IMG/VR virus record: IMGVR_UViG_3300014208_001166
Coordinates: 1-30,860 of that record
DNA: 30,860 bases
From: a virus
Taxonomy: Duplodnaviria > Caudoviricetes
Strand: one strand, 5' to 3'
Shown in pieces: positions 9,331-16,595 of this stretch. The translations under genes and the position numbers were made by a program. Positions within the stretch are counted from its first letter, which is position 1. Each line of letters opens with the position of its first letter. A model generated the notes under the pieces. That model was not told the origin of the DNA. It did no database searches and saw only the letters and a program-made list of their open reading frames with translations.

Positions 9331-10263
9331 ATGGCATTTAACTCACGGATTATTCTAGACAGCATTTCACCTCATGGTGTACGGCTCACGACGATGGAGG
9401 TAACGTTTCCGCGCGTTGTGTTGAGCGAATTCAACACACACAGGGTGTTCTCTAGGAATTCTGCGTCAAGTCGTGCAATTCCGATCGAGAAGCGAATTTC
9501 TGCAGTTGAAGTAGATCCTTTCATACCAGAAACATTCGGCAAGAACCAAAAGGGAATGCAGGCGAGTGAAGATCTGAACGATGATGATTCAGAACGTGCT
9601 AGACATGAATGGATGTCAGCGTGTGTTTCATCTATTGCGCATGCAAGGAAATTAGCTTCATTAGGCGTTCATAAGCAACTGGCGAATCGATTGATTGAGC
9701 CGTTCTGTTGGCAAACAGTGATAGTGACATCTACCGAGTGGAGTAATTTCTTTGCGTTGCGATGCAACCCCGACGCTCAACCAGAGATCAGGAAGATCGC
9801 AGAGATGATGAAGGAATCGTACGTACGTTCGACTCCACGCGTATTAGGATTTGGTCAATGGCACACGCCATACGTTGATGATGCCGAAGCAGATCAGATC
9901 CTCAAAGAAGAAGATTTAAATGGCTGGTCCAGCGCTGATTTTGGTGTAGTAGCTAGAGTAAGCGCTGGTCGATGCGCTCGTGTTAGTTACTTGACGCATG
10001 ACGGTCGAAGGGATTGGAATGCTGATATTACATTAGCGAATCGTTTGCAGAATTCGGGTCATATGAGCCCATTTGAACACGCTGCAAGACCAATGACAGA
10101 TGATGACGCTAGTGAAATTGCATTATACGCATTGTCAGAATGTGGATCGTCTCCTCCAGTAGCAGATCCATTCACAACGTATTCGGGTAATTTTCGAGGT
10201 TGGTTACAATTGAGAAAATTGCTGCCGAATGAATCAGATTTCAGCAAGATTGTCAAGGTTTGA
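9331..10263 (+). CDS. thyX: FAD-dependent thymidylate synthase (phage ThyX type)
   Basis: EFNTHRVFSRNSASSRAIP, HKQLANR, NFF.LR, AQPEI, HMSPFEH; AAGGA SD. Confidence 0.88.
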   Translation: MAFNSRIILDSISPHGVRLTTMEVTFPRVVLSEFNTHRVFSRNSASSRAIPIEKRISAVEVDPFIPETFGKNQKGMQASEDLNDDDSERARHEWMSACVSSIAHARKLASLGVHKQLANRLIEPFCWQTVIVTSTEWSNFFALRCNPDAQPEIRKIAEMMKESYVRSTPRVLGFGQWHTPYVDDAEADQILKEEDLNGWSSADFGVVARVSAGRCARVSYLTHDGRRDWNADITLANRLQNSGHMSPFEHAARPMTDDDASEIALYALSECGSSPPVADPFTTYSGNFRGWLQLRKLLPNESDFSKIVKV

Positions 10264-10265
10264 AC

Positions 10266-10619
10266 ATGTACAAGTATAACGCGAAATTAGTCAAGGTTGT
10301 TGATGGCGACACAGTCGATTTAAATGTTGACCTAGGGTTCGATGTTTGGATCAAACAAAGATTCAGGCTCGAAGGCATAGATGCACCTGAGATGCAGACC
10401 CCAACCTTAGTTGAAGGTCGTGCATCAAAAGCTTATCTTACCACGTTGTTAACCGAAGCAGGTCTATCAGGATTAATCATGGTTGATTCTCATGGTAAGG
10501 ACAAGTACGGTCGTTGGGTTGCGAGGCTTTCGTATTACGAACCAGGTGATACGGGTCCGAAGGTTGTTGATGCGTCTGATAGGATGATTCTTGATGGTTT
10601 CGCAAAACCATACCCTTGA
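10266..10619 (+). CDS. Thermonuclease (SNase) family protein
   Basis: VVDGDT, RLEGIDAPE, DKYGR. Confidence 0.9.
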   Translation: MYKYNAKLVKVVDGDTVDLNVDLGFDVWIKQRFRLEGIDAPEMQTPTLVEGRASKAYLTTLLTEAGLSGLIMVDSHGKDKYGRWVARLSYYEPGDTGPKVVDASDRMILDGFAKPYP

Positions 10620-10650
10620 AAATAGCAATCTAAATTTATAGGAATATTGT

Positions 10651-11250
10651 ATGCTAGCAAAAATCATAGCAATTGAAGGTCCTGATCGATGTGGGAAAGC
10701 TACACAATCAAGATTACTGTCGCGTAGGTTAAGTCTGCTTGGGAAAGCGATTAGGTATGAGATACCCTTTAATGATCATCTAACATACAAATTGATTTAT
10801 TGGATGCTTGAAAATGGACATGCGAAAAATTGGACGGACATATTCCAATTCGTACAATTTTTGAATAAATTCATCTTTCAATTTATCCTTCTGATTCAAA
10901 TGTTTAGGTACGATTACATCGTTTTAGATCGATGGCATATGTCATCGATAGTTTACGGTGATGCATCAGGCGCTGATAAACGATTAACAAGATTGTACTC
11001 GATGTTTCTTTTGCTACCTGATATGACAATAATCCTGTGCGGTGAAAAACACAGGAGACCAGAAGAAATTGATGATTCGTATGAAAGCGATTCTAAACTT
11101 CAATCGGATGTCAAAAAGGCATATGACAATTTTGCTGTGAATCCGACCAGAGCAACTGGGTATTCGATTCCTGTTCGTTCAGAAGGAACACGTTTTGAAG
11201 TTGCTGAACGTGTTTTCAATGTTATTGACTATCTTTACGGTGAAATCTAA
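10651..11250 (+). CDS. tmk: Thymidylate kinase
   Basis: IAIEGPDRCGKATQ P-loop, LDRW..SS..YG. Confidence 0.85.
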   Translation: MLAKIIAIEGPDRCGKATQSRLLSRRLSLLGKAIRYEIPFNDHLTYKLIYWMLENGHAKNWTDIFQFVQFLNKFIFQFILLIQMFRYDYIVLDRWHMSSIVYGDASGADKRLTRLYSMFLLLPDMTIILCGEKHRRPEEIDDSYESDSKLQSDVKKAYDNFAVNPTRATGYSIPVRSEGTRFEVAERVFNVIDYLYGEI

Positions 11251-11864
11251 TGATTTTTGATCTAATATGCGCTGATCCTCCTTGGAATTTCGTTGATCCG
11301 TTGAAGAAAATGAAGCGAAAAACGAAAAGATCGGCAAGATCGCAGTATTCGACGTTATCATTACAGGAGATCAAGGATCTTAACGTAAAATCACTTGCAA
11401 ATCCAAATGGATGTGTGTTGGCATTATGGGTTCCATCATCGATGCTTCAGGAAGGTTTAGATACCATGAAATCGTGGGGCTTTAAACAAAAGCAGATTTT
11501 CGTATGGGTCAAATTGAAGAAAAAACATGAATCAGAACGAATCCTTGACAACAAGACAAGGGTCGGGATGGGCAGACTGTTCAGACAATCACATGAAATT
11601 GTGTTGTTGGGAACAAGCGGGAAAAAACCGTACCGTCTGTTGAAGAATAGATCGCAAAGATCGGTCACATTTTCATTGAATGTTAGGCATTCACAAAAAC
11701 CCGAATCGTTGCAGGATAAACTTGATCTGATGTTTCCCGATGCTAATAAATTGGAAATGTTTGCTCGCCGGCAGAGAAAAGATTGGTACTGTCTCGGTGA
11801 TCAAATTGATGGACAAAAAATGAATGATGCGATCACAAATTTGATCGAACTAACCGACGTTTGA
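11250..11864 (+). CDS. MT-A70 family N6-adenine methyltransferase
   Basis: ADPPW, LALW, WGF, W.K, HSQKP, LEMFAR. Confidence 0.9.
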   Translation: MIFDLICADPPWNFVDPLKKMKRKTKRSARSQYSTLSLQEIKDLNVKSLANPNGCVLALWVPSSMLQEGLDTMKSWGFKQKQIFVWVKLKKKHESERILDNKTRVGMGRLFRQSHEIVLLGTSGKKPYRLLKNRSQRSVTFSLNVRHSQKPESLQDKLDLMFPDANKLEMFARRQRKDWYCLGDQIDGQKMNDAITNLIELTDV

Positions 11865-11876
11865 TAGGATGGATGC

Positions 11877-12134
11877 ATGAAGTTTAAATTTTCAGATGAA
11901 GTTTCATTAAGAATGGTTCAAATCTTTCAAGAGGCATTGCTTCTCGGAATGGATGGCGCCGACCTTTTTAGGGAGGTGAGATTAACGCAGAGCGATAGTG
12001 ATCCTGATTCTCTTGTTCTTGATCCTGAATATGTTGCGCTTGTCAAAAAGAATCACGAAGATTTGTTAGCTCATGCTGACGTATTATCATCGTTGGAAGC
12101 GAAGCGTTCATCATCGATCGTTGGGAGCGATTGA
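11877..12134 (+). CDS. Hypothetical protein
   Basis: 85-aa ORF with upstream AGGA. Confidence 0.7.
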   Translation: MKFKFSDEVSLRMVQIFQEALLLGMDGADLFREVRLTQSDSDPDSLVLDPEYVALVKKNHEDLLAHADVLSSLEAKRSSSIVGSD

Positions 12135-12196
12135 AATGGAGCTGACACTTGCGGTCCTATGCGCGTTTTTAATCGTGATGATGTTGTGGGGCGGTG

Positions 12197-12571
12197 ATGG
12201 AACAAGATCATAAACTTGAAAAAATGTGGGAGCAACAATTTCAATTTATGAAATTGCTTCAGTCCGAACGAGGTTGGCCAGAATTTCCTACCGACATCTC
12301 CTCAAAAAAAGGTCAAAAATTCCTCAAAGACATCACTCATCATATCATGGACGAGCTATTTGAGGCTTCACAACATCTCAAAAACAGCAAGTCACACCGG
12401 GCAACACTCGTTCCAGAGATTGACCGTGAAGCATACAAAGAAGAATTAGTTGACGCTCTTCATCTGTTCTTTGAGCTAGTGATCGTATCAGGCATCACAA
12501 TGGAAGAGATGTTTGAGGCGTACATGGCAAAAGGCGAAGTAAATCATCACAGAATTAAAACCGGGTATTGA
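12197..12571 (+). CDS. All-alpha NTP pyrophosphohydrolase (MazG/dimeric dUTPase-like)
   Basis: DELFEA...KEELVDALH...Y..K..VN..R...GY pattern. Confidence 0.78.
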   Translation: MEQDHKLEKMWEQQFQFMKLLQSERGWPEFPTDISSKKGQKFLKDITHHIMDELFEASQHLKNSKSHRATLVPEIDREAYKEELVDALHLFFELVIVSGITMEEMFEAYMAKGEVNHHRIKTGY

Positions 12572-12684
12572 TTGTAGCACCCTTCCAACGCCTATTGGGC
12601 GACATCACAATTTTTAAACAAAGTGATTTTTGACCCCTTCCCGAGCACGTGAAGATGATTATCCTTCATATTACCAGGAGGTAA

Positions 12685-13080
12685 GTGAAATTGTTGTTTG
12701 ATTTTAACGTTTTCGATGTTTTTGCAAGTCGACCATTTAGACCTTCACGCAGCGCGTACCAGGATTATCCGTCTGCATCACTTTGGTGGACGGCTGAAAA
12801 CACAACCAACCCCGATTGGTTGAGATCAGAGTCGAAAGACGGTAAATTGTACGTGATGTTGGATGTTCCCGGTGCTGCGAAGGAATCGATCAAAATCACG
12901 TATGAAGGTAATGAGATTACCGTCAAGTACAACCGCGGTGAAACTGCGATTTCGAGATCAATCTCGGTGAGCAATGTTGTTATTGAGGACGGTGAACCCA
13001 GCCTTCAGGATGGAATCCTGACAATTGCGTTTCCCTTTAAGGAAACTAAAAAGAAAACAAAAGAACTCGTCATCAAGTGA
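12685..13080 (+). CDS. Small heat shock protein (Hsp20/alpha-crystallin)
   Basis: LDVPG..KE.I.I, L.DGILTI.FP, C-terminal L.I motif; GGAGG SD before GTG. Confidence 0.85.
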   Translation: MKLLFDFNVFDVFASRPFRPSRSAYQDYPSASLWWTAENTTNPDWLRSESKDGKLYVMLDVPGAAKESIKITYEGNEITVKYNRGETAISRSISVSNVVIEDGEPSLQDGILTIAFPFKETKKKTKELVIK

Positions 13081-13082
13081 TT

Positions 13083-13106
13083 CGAAGGGCCCGTATGGGC
13101 CCTTCG
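13083..13106 (+). terminator. GC-rich hairpin, putative terminator after hsp20
   Basis: CGAAGGGCCC-GTAT-GGGCCCTTCG perfect 10-bp stem; weak U-tract. Confidence 0.7.
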
Positions 13107-13135
13107 GTGCATTTTAGTCCTGCGTATGGTAGGAT
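13107..13135 (+). promoter_or_regulatory. sigma70-like promoter GTGCAT-17-TAGGAT (extended -10), leaderless
   Basis: -10 box ends 5 nt before ATG 13141; near-identical arrangement at 16307-16335. Confidence 0.6.
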
Positions 13136-13140
13136 GATTC

Positions 13141-14085
13141 ATGAACTTTGATATCGATGCGCGGACAATTATTCTTGTACGTCATGGATCGCATGCATAC
13201 GGGCTTAGCACACCGACCTCTGATGAGGATTTCAAGGGTGTTTGCATCAAACCGAAGGATTTCTACTACGGATTTTTGAATTCCTTTGAGCAATACGAAC
13301 ACATGGGATCGAAGTCAGATGGAATCGATAAGGTAATTTACTCGCTTGAGAAGTTCGCCAAACTCGCGGCTGATTGCAACCCGAACATCATCGAGTGTTT
13401 ACACGTTGATGATAGTGATATCATCAAGATCGACAAATTCGGCGAGGAGTTGCGTGGAATTCGTGATCTGTTCATCTCAAAGAAAGCAAAACACACGTTC
13501 AGTGGGTATTCACACGCTCAATTGAATAGGATCAAGCTTCATCGATCGTGGTTGCTTAATCCACCCAATGCACCACCCCAGCGCAAGGATTTTGACCTTC
13601 ATGAACAAAGCATTACGCACTCGGAACTCGGTGCGTTTGAAGCTGCAGATGATGAAACTCTTGAATTTATTCCTGCACGAATGTTGACAATTTTCACGAG
13701 GGAAAAACAGTATAAGGCTGCTAAGTTGCAATTCGATCAGTACCAGAACTGGTTGAAAACAAGGAATCCTGCTCGAGCCGCGCTCGAGGCAAAATTTGGG
13801 TATGATACCAAACACGGATACCACCTCGTTAGGCTCATGAAAATGTGTCGAGAAATTCTCACGTCTGGTGAGGTCCACGTGAAGCGTGTCGATGATCGTG
13901 ATGAATTGATCGGAATCAGAAATGGTTCGATGAACTATGATGAATTGATCGAATACGCTCAAAAAATTGAGGATGAATGTAGCGTGTTGTACGAAACCTC
14001 AACGCTACGTCATGAACCCGATAGAAAATTGCTCAGTGACGTTATCGTTTCTATCACCGAACGTTACCTTTCGAAGCATGGATAA
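13141..14085 (+). CDS. DNA pol beta-superfamily nucleotidyltransferase (RlaP/YcgL-like)
   Basis: GSHAYGL.TPTSDED, NPNIIE, GYD.K..YHL.RL. Confidence 0.85.
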   Translation: MNFDIDARTIILVRHGSHAYGLSTPTSDEDFKGVCIKPKDFYYGFLNSFEQYEHMGSKSDGIDKVIYSLEKFAKLAADCNPNIIECLHVDDSDIIKIDKFGEELRGIRDLFISKKAKHTFSGYSHAQLNRIKLHRSWLLNPPNAPPQRKDFDLHEQSITHSELGAFEAADDETLEFIPARMLTIFTREKQYKAAKLQFDQYQNWLKTRNPARAALEAKFGYDTKHGYHLVRLMKMCREILTSGEVHVKRVDDRDELIGIRNGSMNYDELIEYAQKIEDECSVLYETSTLRHEPDRKLLSDVIVSITERYLSKHG

Positions 14086-14087
14086 CG

Positions 14088-14094
14088 ATACTTA
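14088..14094 (+). promoter_or_regulatory. Putative late promoter motif ATACTTA
   Basis: 5 nt upstream of ATG 14100; identical at 24912-24918. Confidence 0.5.
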
Positions 14095-14099
14095 ACTTC

Positions 14100-14615
14100 A
14101 TGTCATCATTGTTAAGATCGTTCATCGTTGAGACCGTTATCGATGCATCCGCAAAATTTGCAAAGAAAAGAACGGATGATTTCTCAGCAAAAATAGGGTC
14201 AGTAGCATCAAGCATAGCTGATACCTTCGCTTCGCAGGAGGCAAATGAAAAATTGGTGAATTCAATGATAGGTTCGGCTCGAAAATCGTTGGATGACATC
14301 GTGTCGCAGAAAAGATTTCGTCTTGCAGTTCCAAGCGCGTTCGGTCCTGATGAATGGGGACCGAACGCGCTTGTTTTTGATGTTATTTCGACAACGCATC
14401 CTAATTCAAGCGATTACGATGAGATCATGACGTTCATCAGTGACAATGAAACAATTTTCGTTCGTTCGCTTGAACACCTTAGAAAAACGATGAAACAGAT
14501 CGAAGCGACCGCCGATTCAATGAAGTGGGGCGCTTCATGGAAGAGGTACACAACCTGGTCAACGTTCGTTTCTGATGCTCAACGCTTCATCAACATTGTT
14601 GAAGGGGCGTTGTGA
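14100..14615 (+). CDS. Hypothetical protein with N-terminal LLRSFIVE leader
   Basis: 171-aa ORF; preceded by ATACTTA. Confidence 0.7.
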   Translation: MSSLLRSFIVETVIDASAKFAKKRTDDFSAKIGSVASSIADTFASQEANEKLVNSMIGSARKSLDDIVSQKRFRLAVPSAFGPDEWGPNALVFDVISTTHPNSSDYDEIMTFISDNETIFVRSLEHLRKTMKQIEATADSMKWGASWKRYTTWSTFVSDAQRFINIVEGAL

Positions 14616-15091
14616 TATTCACGATCATTTCATCGCTTGTTATCTCAAGCTTGATCGGTCATTTATTGCATTGGGCACTTCATAAAAAATGGTCACGATT
14701 TGCATTCAGGGGACATATGCAGCACCACCTTGAATTATACCCACCAACGGATCTAGTTTCAGATTCGTACAGATCAGCGCATTGGTTGAATAGCGGCGTT
14801 TTTTTGTTCACACCTCCGTTCATCGTTATCGTTCTTCTTGCTGCAATTTTCCTATATGCTTTGAATCTTTCGTTCACGTATTTTTTTGCGTTCGCTGGGA
14901 CTGCCTTGGCATACAGCATTCTCGCTGATTACGTTCATGATACGTTTCATCTTCGAGATCACTACCTTCACAGGTTTAAATTTTACGATCGCATTAGATC
15001 GCTTCATATGCTGCATCACATTGACATGAGATCAAATTTTGGGATCGTTACATTTTTTTGGGACAAAGTATTTCATACATTCAAGGTGTAA
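14612..15091 (+). CDS. Fatty acid hydroxylase / sterol desaturase family membrane protein
   Basis: His boxes HWALH, HMQHH, HDTFH, HMLHH; hydrophobic helices; NFG...WD..F.T terminus. Confidence 0.88.
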   Translation: MIFTIISSLVISSLIGHLLHWALHKKWSRFAFRGHMQHHLELYPPTDLVSDSYRSAHWLNSGVFLFTPPFIVIVLLAAIFLYALNLSFTYFFAFAGTALAYSILADYVHDTFHLRDHYLHRFKFYDRIRSLHMLHHIDMRSNFGIVTFFWDKVFHTFKV

Positions 15092-15097
15092 ACTTAC

Positions 15098-15126
15098 TTG
15101 TACGTGGGTAAATGAGGTTATATCTT
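15098..15126 (+). promoter_or_regulatory. sigma70-like promoter TTGTAC-17-TATCTT
   Basis: Ends 8 nt before ATG 15135, supporting that ATG as a leaderless start. Confidence 0.55.
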
Positions 15127-15134
15127 TACCCATC

Positions 15135-15869
15135 ATGTCAAGCAAACTCTGTCAAATTATTGCGGTCGAAAAATAGGTGAAAAATAAAGCTCACGCTGGC
15201 ATCACTGAAGCATACCAGAAGATGCAGAAGGGTGCCCTGACGCAGGGTATCTCGCGGACGTACCGTCCGAGCGATGAGATGGGAGAAAATCTTCCTGCTG
15301 AATCGACAAAGGTGCAGTTGAATGCATCCGATCTATTGAAGGATGTGTCAAAGGTCATGACCGACCTGTTTGATGTTACTGCGACCAAGGACGTCGCGAA
15401 TTGCGATGCAAAGGCAGACGTGGTCGTTGGCGATATTGTCCTTGCGAAGGACATGCCAGTCACTTACCTTCTCTTCCTCGAGAAGAAGCTTGTTGATATT
15501 CACACGTTCGTTAGCAAGCTTCCGACGCTTGATCCAAGCGAGGAGTGGTCGCTTGATCCTAACGTGGGATGCTTCGTCTCGAAGGTCGCTGAGACGGTCA
15601 AGACGAAGAAGGTTTTCGTTCCGCTTGTTCTCGCTCCAGCAACCGATAAGCACCCCGCTCAGGTGAAGGAAGGTTTCGAGGATAAGCCTGTTGGAACTTG
15701 GAGAACGGTGAAGTTCTCAGGCGCTCTACCTGCGCAGAAGGTCGCGGATATGCTCGATAAGGTGGAACGACTTCAACGTGCTGTGAAATTTGCTAGGGAG
15801 GAAGCGAATGGCCGCTCGATCGAACAGGTCAAGGTCGGCGAAAAGATTTTGAATTTCCTATTCGGCTGA
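15135..15869 (+). CDS. Conserved uncharacterised protein with in-frame TAG at codon 14 (readthrough, nonsense allele or error)
   Basis: MSSKLCQIIAVEK*VKNKAH...GISRTY.P..E.GE.LP.EST.VQ...YLLFLEK.L...HPAQV...KFSGALP...AVKFAREEAN...FLFG. Resembles, from recollection, a bacterial family starting M.KL.QIIAVEK. Confidence 0.8.
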
Positions 15870-15916
15870 GCCGATTTAGGATTGCGCAACCTGAACATCA
15901 GGATTACGCTGAAAAT

Positions 15917-16013
15917 CCACGAGGGATAAAACTCATCCTGGTTCAAATCCAGGCCCTTCCACGAGCCGAAAGGCAAAATCGGAAGGGTGGCGGAATTGGC
16001 AGACGCTAAGTGG
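15917..16013 (+). ncRNA. Permuted tRNA-like domain 1 (Leu/type II-like)
   Basis: CCAC, V-arm GAG..CTC, T-arm CCTGG-TTCAAAT-CCAGG (15937-53), CCCTTCC (15954-60) pairing GGAAGGG (15981-87), D-arm TGGCGGAATTGGCAGACGC, GTGG. Confidence 0.85.
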
Positions 16014-16098
16014 TGATCAACCTGAGGCTATCGCAGCAGGTTTATTGAGTCGACAAGGAATGTAAAAAATTCAATCGATCATCTTCGGACTGAATATT

Positions 16099-16188
16099 AT
16101 GCGCTGATGTGGGTTCAATTCCCGCCCGAGCCTCCACCACGAAAGTGGCATTTAGCGGCTTGGTAGCTTAAAGGCAGAGCAGGTGCAT
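16099..16188 (+). ncRNA. Permuted tRNA-like domain 2
   Basis: ATGCGCT, T-arm GTGGG-TTCAATT-CCCGC (16109-25), CCGAGCC+T+CCA (16126-36) pairing GGCTTGG (16157-63), D-arm TAGCTTAAAGGCAGAGC, GGTGCAT. Confidence 0.85.
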
Positions 16189-16266
16189 CTAAGGACTGAT
16201 CCGTTGATTTAAATGTGTGAATTATTCATTGAATCGTCGACGCTGAGAAATCAGTCAACCTAAGAG

Positions 16267-16303
16267 GGCTCGAGCCGGATATGCTCGGGCCTTCGCTAAT
16301 TTT
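16267..16303 (+). terminator. Putative intrinsic terminator
   Basis: GGCTCGAGC-CGGATAT-GCTCGGGCC stem followed by TTCGCTAATTTT. Confidence 0.65.
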
Positions 16304-16306
16304 GCG

Positions 16307-16335
16307 GTGCAAATTTTTGTACGATATGTTAGGAT
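16307..16335 (+). promoter_or_regulatory. sigma70-like promoter GTGCAA-17-TAGGAT, leaderless
   Basis: 5 nt before ATG 16341; matches 13107-13135. Confidence 0.6.
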
Positions 16336-16340
16336 TTCAA

Positions 16341-16586
16341 ATGAAAAAGTCAAATAAACCAACGCTTAAGATCGAATTTTCAAACAAGAACGCGCTTGAT
16401 CATTTTACAATGTGGCTATGCGAATCGGGTGAACAGCAGTATTGGGATTGAATGGAATCCCGTGAACAGGATGACGATAGCGATATCACAGCCATTATCT
16501 TTGAATACCACGGTCCTGATAAAAACAAATGGTTACATAACGATACGATCGTTGCCGAATGCAGTCGTTTAGACAAAGAAAGGTGA
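16341..16586 (+). pseudogene. Hypothetical 81-codon gene interrupted by in-frame TGA (16449-16451)
   Basis: MKKSNKPTLKIEFSNKNALDHFTMWLCESGEQQYWD*MESREQDDDSDITAIIFEYHG...RLDKER; has its own promoter and fills the gap up to the PNK gene. Confidence 0.6.
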
Positions 16587-16595
16587 AAAACGAAC

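Larger units (their letters stand above)
15876..16263 (+). ncRNA. Large structured RNA with two circularly permuted tRNA-like domains
   Basis: Two T-arm / acceptor / GAAA-hairpin linker / D-arm units. Closing stem TTAGG.TTG (15876-84) with CAACCTAA (16256-63). No plausible + strand ORF. Confidence 0.8.

Noticed and set aside
12572-12684. CIRCE element or RNA thermometer before hsp20
   Set aside because: Only a partial TAGCAC half-site with no inverted partner; hairpins are weak and do not clearly occlude the SD.
15191-15976. Antisense and alternate-frame ORFs in the track (also 3881-4423, 16400-16828, 24156-24638, 25649-26107)
   Set aside because: They are shadows of well-supported genes on the other strand or frame, with no motifs or expression signals.
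15981-16136. Conventional (possibly intron-containing) tRNA from the 5' half at 15981 and the T-arm/CCA at 16109-16136
   Set aside because: GGAAGGG does not pair with CCGAGCC; each strand instead pairs fully within its own permuted unit, and no anticodon loop is evident.
15876-16263. Two-piece tmRNA
   Set aside because: Both units have full D-arms, lack the Ala G3-U70 GGGG..CCA acceptor identity, and no tag ORF is evident.
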